This document shows, one piece after another, positions 56,401 to 64,000 of a DNA stretch of 64,000 bases. Within the stretch, counting starts at the first letter, position 1. The number at the start of each line of letters is the position of its first letter. Under the pieces are notes generated by a model. It did no database searches and was not told the DNA's origin. It saw nothing but the letters and a program-made list of their open reading frames with translations. This stretch comes from Desulfotignum sp. (GTDB lineage: Bacteria > Desulfobacterota > Desulfobacteria > Desulfobacterales > Desulfobacteraceae): assembly GCA_011389575.1 (NCBI GenBank), contig JAABUB010000001.1, positions 36,079-100,078 of the forward strand. The letters run 5' to 3'. Made by a program: the position numbers and the translations under genes.

Positions 56401-57369
56401 TTCTTTTGCCTGGTTGATAAGCACGTGAACCGGCTTTTTACCGGTTACTATCATTGCCTTGAAAGCATTGAAGGCCTCCCGGGTGTCGGATTTTAAAAAC
56501 AAACGAAAAAGCGGTTTGAACAATTGAGGATACAACCCCATGGATGAATTTTCAATCAGACTGTACACTGCTTCTCGGATTTTTCTCACCTCCTCGTTTT
56601 CTAGGATGTGGCTAAGCAGGTCGGCGGGAAGTTTTCCTTTCAGCATGGACAGCGATTTAAGGCCCTTTATTTTTACTGCAGGGGCCTGGGATAGAATTTC
56701 ATTTTTCAGCAGGCTGTCCGGATCCCGCAAAAACCCGGGGATGTTGTTTAAAAAAGGATCTGCATCCCGTTTGCGGTCAAACAGGCTGGCAAAAAAATCG
56801 ATCACTGATTCCCGGGATTTGATATTGTTGAGCATTTTCTTGAAGACAGCAGCATATCTTAAACGAATTTCCGGGGGAGACTGCAGATACTGGTCAATAA
56901 AAGTGAGGCGCTGGGATTCAGTGACCAGATACACAGCCTTTTGCATGGCAGTTACATTGACAATGCCATTACGCATGGATTTAAAGGCAAAATACGACCC
57001 GCTGTCACCAAATTCCACCAGGGTTTTAAACAGATAAATGCTTTCGTTCAAGGATATGTCAGATGTGAGGTGCTGATAGATCCGGGCAGAAACTATGGCA
57101 GACTCTTTTAATCCCCGGGTGTACAACTGCTGATTTTCAGGGTGGTCAAGCATGGCCAGGGCCCTTGTTTGTATAATGCCAAGAGATTTCTGGGCAGTGG
57201 AACGAAGTGAAAAATGATAGGACAAAACAGCGTGAATAATCGGAAGTATTCCCAAAGATGGTGGCAGCGCTGCAGCCTGGGTGACGAGGTCATCTTTTTT
57301 TTCTTCGTCTAAAGATGCCCATAAAACTGCAAAATTTTTTTCATCAAAGGGGGGAGGCAGATCAGTCAT
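53500..57369 (-). CDS. cyaA: Class I adenylate cyclase fused to N-terminal helical region and pentapeptide repeats
   Basis: FTMGSVGSLAQTHESDIDYWIC, ESSGSAQSRLLKEEFYRT, LAG-like VAGKLPLW, EFFGASIWQMFK..KSPFKSVIK; pentapeptide block at about 55520-55985. Confidence 0.9.
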   Translation of the reverse strand: MTDLPPPFDEKNFAVLWASLDEEKKDDLVTQAAALPPSLGILPIIHAVLSYHFSLRSTAQKSLGIIQTRALAMLDHPENQQLYTRGLKESAIVSARIYQHLTSDISLNESIYLFKTLVEFGDSGSYFAFKSMRNGIVNVTAMQKAVYLVTESQRLTFIDQYLQSPPEIRLRYAAVFKKMLNNIKSRESVIDFFASLFDRKRDADPFLNNIPGFLRDPDSLLKNEILSQAPAVKIKGLKSLSMLKGKLPADLLSHILENEEVRKIREAVYSLIENSSMGLYPQLFKPLFRLFLKSDTREAFNAFKAMIVTGKKPVHVLINQAKETHPDLIPLLNKELAGLSRLSFFIIQDIALNKSQYQDTNYDINLACILGIVKKRPERVVRVIKAYYDRSAQKQSRKIFDFMEKAKSLLDLEKQDITSWPEAVTHKLQQPQKKQKTIFSAVFQDSIKKKLDALRKNVPQNDIDFQNETIENENLSDLRFTASILYFNGAIFKNCDLSGVHMEKAFFTHGIFYNVDWSGAVIQNANFDHAVLININARETRFKDCSFLGAKLYNCNFTKADLHDAVFVDAQISKTFFSQTDLSCAVFSHARISGVSFATACVDQADFSHVQARFSRFPSCAGSMIRSHGIAYNARRYQLDFNDLPWMEKALAAKINLLIFCEFIHYGEMKFLNQNKMSLLTAFDIFKPSQADFFQLVPILLHQNINLPGVPPLHPKTPCGIADYMPPGTALQVLEKLIGIHTYKATLSSVPYIEGIFTMGSVGSLAQTHESDIDYWICINEDLMNAHEHSLFLQKLKLLEKLGMEQFKIQTTFFVVDIQKAKNNDFGGSTQESSGSAQSRLLKEEFYRTMIHVAGKLPLWSVLPTPISLNYYHMIMTQISQFAGTHRYIDLGDIHAIPVNEFFGASIWQMFKWLKSPFKSVIKMALLEKYIHSYGQEPLLCNQYKNVWMNSGAHLKLAQNDSYIILLNNLLAYYRSAGDTKSMNLILTCFFLKLAISKQSVLDNTVFGLRRYLVTDSIAQWDWSLSRLFEIGHFKEWDYQRIHRLSASIERYMLIKYNQVKKTFESHSCGLMISDEDRRVLERKVDIVFLEKPFKIKKILLVSKSERLFSQLHIRYLGGSGTRIKWELFHKSTRLHHRFDESLLQTKTIEEIGAWLINNRLFAHHSAIHLIPNPTPVTHDDIQKLFCAMDAFFTPQLKQTFQFSELKKKLPEVICVFVSINFYVSRQESFIKDYCAVYINSWGEMFYQICDPDTEFASLDAAKKEILARLGIQKFPIKTLFYFSRGQTR

Positions 57370-57508
57370 AGGAGAATATTTTGTAATGTTTTACCTTTTT
57401 GTTTAAAAGTGTTATACGGTCATGTTTAAATTAATTATATGCAAATGTCCGGATATACCCAAAACCAATATAAAGAATTAGTCTCCATAGTACAACTCAA
57501 AATAATAT

Positions 57509-59443
57509 ATGAAATTATTTAATTCAAAAGGTGAATCAACCGGCCAAACCGGCAGATATGATGCCGAGTCCATAGAAATCCTCAAAGGCCTGGACCCTGT
57601 CAAACGCCGGCCCGGGATGTATACAGATACAACCAGTCCGGACCATCTGGTGTTCGAAGTTATTGACAACAGTGTTGATGAAGCCATTGCCGGATTTGCC
57701 GATACCATTGATGTGATCCTCAAAAAGGAGAACAGCATCCTTGTGACGGACAATGGACGGGGAATGCCTGTGGATATCCATCCCGAAGAAGGCATATCAG
57801 GGGTGGAACTGATCATGACAAGGCTTCATGCAGGGGCCAAATTTTCCAACAAAGACTATGCTTTTTCAGGGGGTCTGCACGGTGTGGGGGTGTCTGTTGT
57901 CAATGCCCTGTCATCCCGACTCGATATCACTATTTTGCGCAAGGGACAAAAATTTTCCATCGGGTTTGAAAACGGAATTAAAATCCGGGACCTGGCAATA
58001 ACAGGGCAAACCCCGAAGAAAACCACCGGCACCCAGGTACATTTTTTTCCCGACCCCGGGTATTTTGAACGCACCACTTTTTCCCAGACTGCCATCAAAA
58101 AAGCCTTAAAATCAAAGGCTGTCCTGTGCAGGGGATTGAAAACCAGTTTTCTGGATGAAGCCTCAGGAGAAAAACACACCTGGGTCTATGACCATGGTCT
58201 GGATGAATATTTGAACGAACATCTTAAAGACCATAAAACTTTGTTCCCGGAACCTTTCAGCGCAAACTGCCAGACAGAAGATTTCCAGGCTGTATGGGCC
58301 GTGAACTGGGTAACGGAAACCGGATCAGGCATGGAAGAAAGCTATGTAAACCTGATTCCCACCCCTATGGGCGGCACCCATGTCAATGGATTCAGATCCG
58401 GTCTGCTGGAATCATTGCGCGAGTTCTGCAAATTTAGAAATCTTCTGCCCAAAAATCTGTTTTTGGCACCTGAGGACATCTGGAACAATGTGGGATATGT
58501 ACTGTCTGTCAAATTGTCAGAAGCCCAGTTTTCCGGCCAGACCAAGGAACGGCTGTCATCACGGCATTGTGCCAATCTGGTGAATCTCAAAGTGCGGGAT
58601 GCCTTCAGCCTCTGGCTTAACAAGCATGTGGACCTGGGAGAGGCTTTGGCTGACCTGGCTATTGAACATGCCCGGTCCAGGGTAAGAAAATCCAAAAAAG
58701 TCACCCGGAAGCAGGCTTCCAACGGCATTGTGCTGCCGGCCAAACTGTCAGACTGCACCAGCGATGACCAGCAGCGCAGAGAACTTTTTTTTGTGGAAGG
58801 AGACTCTGCAGGCGGGTCTGCCAAACAGGCCAGAGACAGGCGGTTTCAGGCTATCATGCCCCTGCGGGGCAAAATCATGAACACCTGGGACATGCCGGCA
58901 TCCACCATTATTGAGTCAAAAGAAATCCGGGATATCGTCCAGGTACTGGGGGTGCTGCCCGGACAGGAAGATATTTCCAGGCTGCGCTATAACAAAATAT
59001 GCATTCTGGCTGATGCGGATTCTGACGGACTTCACATTGCCACGCTCCTTTGTGCCCTGTTTTTAAAACATTTTCCCAAAGTGGTTCAAAACGGACATGT
59101 GTTCATGGCCATGCCGCCTTTGTACAGGATCGATGTGGGAAAAGAGGTTTTTTATGCCCTGGATGATGCGGAAAGACAGGGCATAATCAAACGGATCAAC
59201 CGCAGGAAAAAACCGGGGAAAATCCATGTGCAGCGTTTCAAGGGCCTGGGTGAAATGAACCCTGTCCAGCTCCGGGAAACCACCATTGCACCGGATTCCA
59301 GACGTCTGGTGCAATTGACTGTGAAAAAAGAAGCTACCCTGGATGATGTCCATGAAATCATGGACATGCTGCTGGGAAAAAAACGAGCCAAAGACCGGAA
59401 AATATGGATTGAAGAACAAGGTGATATCAAAGAGATAGAATAA
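57509..59443 (+). CDS. parE: DNA topoisomerase IV subunit B
   Basis: [63 protein letters not shown]. Confidence 0.95.
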   Translation: MKLFNSKGESTGQTGRYDAESIEILKGLDPVKRRPGMYTDTTSPDHLVFEVIDNSVDEAIAGFADTIDVILKKENSILVTDNGRGMPVDIHPEEGISGVELIMTRLHAGAKFSNKDYAFSGGLHGVGVSVVNALSSRLDITILRKGQKFSIGFENGIKIRDLAITGQTPKKTTGTQVHFFPDPGYFERTTFSQTAIKKALKSKAVLCRGLKTSFLDEASGEKHTWVYDHGLDEYLNEHLKDHKTLFPEPFSANCQTEDFQAVWAVNWVTETGSGMEESYVNLIPTPMGGTHVNGFRSGLLESLREFCKFRNLLPKNLFLAPEDIWNNVGYVLSVKLSEAQFSGQTKERLSSRHCANLVNLKVRDAFSLWLNKHVDLGEALADLAIEHARSRVRKSKKVTRKQASNGIVLPAKLSDCTSDDQQRRELFFVEGDSAGGSAKQARDRRFQAIMPLRGKIMNTWDMPASTIIESKEIRDIVQVLGVLPGQEDISRLRYNKICILADADSDGLHIATLLCALFLKHFPKVVQNGHVFMAMPPLYRIDVGKEVFYALDDAERQGIIKRINRRKKPGKIHVQRFKGLGEMNPVQLRETTIAPDSRRLVQLTVKKEATLDDVHEIMDMLLGKKRAKDRKIWIEEQGDIKEIE

Positions 59444-59444
59444 T

Positions 59445-61718
59445 ATGAAAGACATTCTGCCATCTGTCATGGAAGAGTATGAAAAAATCGCATTCCAGGA
59501 TTTTGCCCAAAAAGCATATCTCAATTATGCCATGTATGTGATTTTAGACCGTGCCCTGCCCCATATCGGGGATGGACTCAAACCTGTGCAGCGGCGCATC
59601 GTTTATTCCATGAGCCAGCTGGGACTTTCTTCCACGGCAAAATTCAAAAAATCAGCCCGAACCGTGGGGGATGTGCTGGGCAAATTTCATCCCCATGGTG
59701 ACACCGCCTGTTATGAGGCCATGGTACTCATGGCCCAGCCTTTTTCTTTGCGGTATCCGCTTGTTGACGGCCAGGGCAACTGGGGAGACCCCAATGATCC
59801 CAAATCCTTTGCTGCCATGCGGTATACTGAATCCAGACTGTCCCGGTATGCTGACATCCTGCTGGATGAACTGGGGCAGGGCACAGTGGAATGGGTTCCC
59901 AATTTTGATGGTACTTTACATGAACCCAGACTTTTGCCGGCCAGGCTGCCCAATCTGCTGCTCAACGGCACCACAGGTATTGCCGTGGGAATGGCCACAA
60001 ACATTTTGCCCCATAATCTGCGGGAGGTGGCCAAAGCATTGATACTGCTCATTGAAGACAAAAACACCCCTGTTGATATCCTGCTTAAACAGATCAAAGG
60101 ACCGGATTTTCCCACAGGAGCGGAAATCATTACCCCGGGCGAAGAAATCCGCACCATTTATCAAACCGGAAACGGCCGGATTAAAATGCGGGCCAGATTC
60201 CGCATTGAGCAGGGCGACATTGTTTATTTTGCCCTGCCCTATCATGCATCTGCTGAAAAAATACATGAACAGATCGCCGCCCAGATGGAAGCCAAAAAAC
60301 TGCCCATGGTCAGTGATATCAGAGATGAATCAGACCATGAAGATCCCACCCGGCTGGTGGTGATTCCCAGGTCCGGCAAGGTGGATACCACTGCTCTTAC
60401 AGATCATCTGTTTGCCACAACCGATCTGGAAAAATCATATTCCATCAACATGAATATGATAGGTATCAACGGCCGGCCCGGGGTTAAAAACCTGAAAACC
60501 ATTCTTCTGGAATGGCTGGAATTCAGGTTTCATACAGTGGAAAAAAAGCTGGGTTTCCGTCTGGACAAGGTTGTGAACAGGCTCCATATTCTGGAGGGTT
60601 TTCGGATTGCTTTTTTGAATATCAATGAAGTGATTCGGATTATCAGGGAATCCGACCATCCCGGACAGAAATTAATGAAGGTGTTTGGCCTGTCTCAGAT
60701 CCAGGCCAATGCCATCCTTGATATCCGGCTGCGCCAGCTGGCCAGGCTGGAAGAGATTAAACTGCTTTCGGAAATAAAGGATCTGAAAGAGGAACAAAAA
60801 ACCCTGGAAACCCTTTTGCATGACAAATCAGCTTTTAAAGCTTATATTATTGCAGAAATAAAATCAGATGCCAGAAAATACGGGGACAAACGGCGGTCCC
60901 CTCTTCAGGAACGCAATGAAGCAGAGGCGTTTTCCATTACCGATGTCATGGAAAAGGAACCGGTGACCATTATTTTGTCCCGGAACGGCTGGATTCGATC
61001 AGCCAAAGGGCATGACATTGATCCCCAAAAGGTGAAATTCAGATCCGGGGATGATTTTCTGTGCCATTTGCGGACCCACAGTGACAAACCCATTGTATTT
61101 TTAGACAGTTCAGGCCGCAGTTATACCCTGTATCCCCATGTTCTGCCCTCGGCCAGAAGCAACGGCCAGCCTTTAACCGGTCACCTGTCTCTTCCGCCTG
61201 ATGCCCGTATCTGCTATATGCTCTCACCGACCCGGACCACCCATTTTCTGGTAGGCTCTGACAACGGGTATGGATTCATCATAAAATTTTCAGATTTTCT
61301 GACCCATTTTAAAAACGGAAAAGCGGTGATCACGGTGAAAAAACATGCCTCCCCCCTGCCCCCCCAGCCGATTTTTGACATTGAAACTGATGCTGTTGCT
61401 GCTGTCACCACAACAGGACGGATGCTCATTTTTCCTTTACATGAGCTTCCCCGTCTGAAAAAAGGCCAGGGAAATAAAATTATCACCATTCCCAAAAAAC
61501 AGCGGCTGTCTTCTGATCCTGAAAGACTCAAACTCCTAAAAATATTGCCATTACATTCTAATCTTGTTATACATTCCGGAAAACATTTTTTTGTGCTGAA
61601 TGCGGGCAATCAAACCGACTATATCGGTATGCGGGGACACAGAGGCAAACTTTTACCCAGAGGATACCGGAAAGTGGACAGATTGGAAATAACACCAATG
61701 GCTTCCCAAACGATATAA
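59445..61718 (+). CDS. parC: DNA topoisomerase IV subunit A
   Basis: [46 protein letters not shown]; 757 aa, no recognisable GyrA box. Confidence 0.95.
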   Translation: MKDILPSVMEEYEKIAFQDFAQKAYLNYAMYVILDRALPHIGDGLKPVQRRIVYSMSQLGLSSTAKFKKSARTVGDVLGKFHPHGDTACYEAMVLMAQPFSLRYPLVDGQGNWGDPNDPKSFAAMRYTESRLSRYADILLDELGQGTVEWVPNFDGTLHEPRLLPARLPNLLLNGTTGIAVGMATNILPHNLREVAKALILLIEDKNTPVDILLKQIKGPDFPTGAEIITPGEEIRTIYQTGNGRIKMRARFRIEQGDIVYFALPYHASAEKIHEQIAAQMEAKKLPMVSDIRDESDHEDPTRLVVIPRSGKVDTTALTDHLFATTDLEKSYSINMNMIGINGRPGVKNLKTILLEWLEFRFHTVEKKLGFRLDKVVNRLHILEGFRIAFLNINEVIRIIRESDHPGQKLMKVFGLSQIQANAILDIRLRQLARLEEIKLLSEIKDLKEEQKTLETLLHDKSAFKAYIIAEIKSDARKYGDKRRSPLQERNEAEAFSITDVMEKEPVTIILSRNGWIRSAKGHDIDPQKVKFRSGDDFLCHLRTHSDKPIVFLDSSGRSYTLYPHVLPSARSNGQPLTGHLSLPPDARICYMLSPTRTTHFLVGSDNGYGFIIKFSDFLTHFKNGKAVITVKKHASPLPPQPIFDIETDAVAAVTTTGRMLIFPLHELPRLKKGQGNKIITIPKKQRLSSDPERLKLLKILPLHSNLVIHSGKHFFVLNAGNQTDYIGMRGHRGKLLPRGYRKVDRLEITPMASQTI

Positions 61719-63101
61719 ATGCAACGGTTTTATGAAAAATATTTCATTTTCCTGATTTTGCTGGTTCTGTGCTGTTACTTTATCAGCCTGGCCCTTGCGC
61801 TTCACCACAAAAATCTTGGAACAGATCCCAATACGGTTGAACGCATCAAACAAACCGGTACATTACGGTTGATCACCACCCGATCGGTAAATACTTTTTA
61901 TCTGTACCAGGATGCGCCCACCGGATTTGAATATGACCTGGCCCGTGAATTTGCCCGTTATTTGAATGTGGACCTGGATGTTGTGACACCGGGTTGGAAC
62001 CACCTGTTTGTCTATCTGGATCAGGGCAAAGGAGATTTTATTGCAGCCGGCCTGGCCATAACCAAAGAAAACCTTGGCAAAGCGGTCTTTTCCATTCCCT
62101 ACATGAATATCCAGCAGCGCATTGTTCACCACAGTCTCATATTCGGCCCCAAAAATATTGATGATCTTGCCGGCAGGACCATTCACGTCCGACGCAATAC
62201 CTCCTATCATTCCCGACTGAAGGAAATAAAGGCAGCAGGCATTGATGTCAATTATATTCTTCATGACAATATTCCCACTGAAGATCTTATTGCTATGGTC
62301 AATGACCGTGAAATCAAATTTACCATTGCAGATTCCAACATTGCCCTTCTTAATCAGCGGTATTTTCCTGACATCGCTATTGGCATTCCGGTTCAGAAAA
62401 AAGAATCCCTTGCCTGGGCTGTACAAAAAAATGATGTGGAAATGCTCAAGGAAATCAACCGGTTTTTTTTGTATGCCAAAGAAAAAGGGATACTCAAACA
62501 GATTATTGAACAATACTATACAAATACCCGGGATTTTGATATATCTGAAGTAAAGACATTTCATGAAAGAATAAATACCCATCTGCCCAGATTTCAGGAT
62601 ATCATAGAAAAAGAGGCGGCAAATCATGGATTTGACTGGCGCCTGATAGCAGCGGTGGTATACCAGGAATCACGATTGGATCCAGATGCCATCAGTTTTA
62701 CCAATGTGAAAGGCCTTATGCAGGTTACCCATGCAACTGCCAGGGAAATGGGCATAAAAAACCGTGCCAATCCACAGCAGAGTATTCAGGCCGGTATCAA
62801 ATATCTGAACCAGATGTATGAGAAGTTTTATCAGATTGAAGATGAATACCAGCGGATGCTGTTTGCGCTGGCCAGTTATAATGTGGGATATGGCCATGTT
62901 AAGGATGCCATGGCCATTGCCAGGCAGAAAGGTCTCAATCCGCTGCACTGGCAGTCACTGAAAAAAACGCTGCCCCTGCTGTCAAAGCCGGAAATTTATC
63001 AGAAAACCAGACATGGGTATGCAAGGGGATGGGAGCCGGTGCATTATGTGGAACGGATCCTCACCTATTATGATATCCTGCGACAGATAGACTTTTCATA
63101 G
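61719..63101 (+). CDS. mltF: Membrane-bound lytic murein transglycosylase F
   Basis: SBP-3 N-domain (GFEYDLA) plus SLT domain (YQES, GLMQ, LASYNVGYGH, GYARGWEPVHYV). Confidence 0.93.
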   Translation: MQRFYEKYFIFLILLVLCCYFISLALALHHKNLGTDPNTVERIKQTGTLRLITTRSVNTFYLYQDAPTGFEYDLAREFARYLNVDLDVVTPGWNHLFVYLDQGKGDFIAAGLAITKENLGKAVFSIPYMNIQQRIVHHSLIFGPKNIDDLAGRTIHVRRNTSYHSRLKEIKAAGIDVNYILHDNIPTEDLIAMVNDREIKFTIADSNIALLNQRYFPDIAIGIPVQKKESLAWAVQKNDVEMLKEINRFFLYAKEKGILKQIIEQYYTNTRDFDISEVKTFHERINTHLPRFQDIIEKEAANHGFDWRLIAAVVYQESRLDPDAISFTNVKGLMQVTHATAREMGIKNRANPQQSIQAGIKYLNQMYEKFYQIEDEYQRMLFALASYNVGYGHVKDAMAIARQKGLNPLHWQSLKKTLPLLSKPEIYQKTRHGYARGWEPVHYVERILTYYDILRQIDFS

Positions 63102-63235
63102 AACGCCCAATAAGGTATTTTTTCCAGAAAGGTGTTCATAAGAAAAAAAATTTACTTGCCCGTGGCAACAGAATACCATAAACATGCTGTTGGGACATGG
63201 CAGGATTACCCCAATTTTTAAGATGAGTAAAAAAC

Positions 63236-64000
63236 ATGACAAGAAAAATACTGATCAATGCACTTGATCCCGATGTCAGCAGAATTGCCGCAGTCATAGA
63301 CAACAAGCTGGACCAGTTTCACATTGAAACCCGTGCCAAGGAAGTCACCCAGGGCAATATTTACAAGGGAATTGTAACCCGGGTGGAACAAAGCCTTCAA
63401 GCGGTTTTTGTGGACTATGGCGCGGAAAAAAACGGATTTTTACAAAAAAACGAGATCCACCAGGACTATTTTCAGGACGTGGAAACCCGGGACAAGTCCT
63501 TGTTCAATCTGATCAAAAAAGGCCAGGAACTCATTGTGCAGGTGGTAAAGGATCCCATCAGCCAGAAAGGGGCCATGCTCACCACATTCATATCCCTGCC
63601 CGGCAGGCTGGCAGTGCTCATGCCCGGAAGTACCACCAAAGGCGTATCTCGAAAAATTGCAGAAGAAGAAGAAAGAAAACGGCTGGCAGGCATTCTCAAA
63701 ACCATGGACATTCCGAAAGGATTTGGCATGATTGTGAGGACCGCCGGTAAAAATGCCACCAAAACCCAGCTGACAGCAGACCTTAAATACCTGATGCGGG
63801 TATGGAAAAATATTGACAAGCTGGCCATTGATAACAAGGCACCTTCACTGCTTTACAGAGAACAAAGCCTGGCTGTAAGGTCTTTGCGGGATTATTTTAC
63901 CACTGATATCATAGAAATTCTCATTGACAATCCTGATACTTTCCGGGAAGTCAAGGAATTCATGGCCATGATCGCCCCCAAACAGAAAAAAATTGTAAAA
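63236..64000 (+). CDS. rne: Ribonuclease E/G family (runs off the window)
   Basis: Manual translation: MTRKILINALDP...GNIYKGIVTRVEQSLQAVFVDYGAEKNGFL...GQELIVQVVKDPISQKGAMLTTFISLPGR...GVSRKI...GMIVRTAG. Confidence 0.92.
   Translation, partial: MTRKILINALDPDVSRIAAVIDNKLDQFHIETRAKEVTQGNIYKGIVTRVEQSLQAVFVDYGAEKNGFLQKNEIHQDYFQDVETRDKSLFNLIKKGQELIVQVVKDPISQKGAMLTTFISLPGRLAVLMPGSTTKGVSRKIAEEEERKRLAGILKTMDIPKGFGMIVRTAGKNATKTQLTADLKYLMRVWKNIDKLAIDNKAPSLLYREQSLAVRSLRDYFTTDIIEILIDNPDTFREVKEFMAMIAPKQKKIVK

Noticed and set aside
1-64000. CRISPR array, IS elements, prophage, and the many long antisense or alternate-frame ORFs
   Set aside because: No repeat-spacer periodicity or mobility motifs; shadow ORFs overlap well-supported genes and carry no recognisable motifs.

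Overview
Mostly core chromosome of a sulfate-reducing deltaproteobacterium (inferred Desulfobacteraceae-like from dsrC, hdrA-flxDCBA, ahbA and a PxxKW protein). It holds about 50 CDS, tRNA-Leu(TAA) and tmRNA. I see no CRISPR array, transposase, integrase or prophage. Two genes split by the ORF track are selenoproteins read through UGA (an internally duplicated 1030-aa HdrA and FlxD/MvhD), each with a SECIS-like hairpin whose loop starts 22 nt after the UGA. The best candidate for an undescribed system is a cAMP circuit in the right half. A 1289-aa class I adenylate cyclase fused to a helical N-terminus and pentapeptide repeats heads a cya-ptsH-ptsI-smpB run and is divergent from gammaproteobacterial-like parE-parC. 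About 13 kb away lies an orphan PilB ATPase with an N-terminal MshEN-like motif and a C-terminal cyclic-nucleotide-binding domain, with comEC, ppdK and the PPDK regulator nearby. Other oddities: an apparently exported pseudo-receiver protein in an operon whose first gene seems to start at CTG, a GGQ release-factor-like gene next to ssrA/smpB, toxin-antitoxin relics and a long hairpin near the left end. All family calls come from reading motifs by eye; no searches were run.
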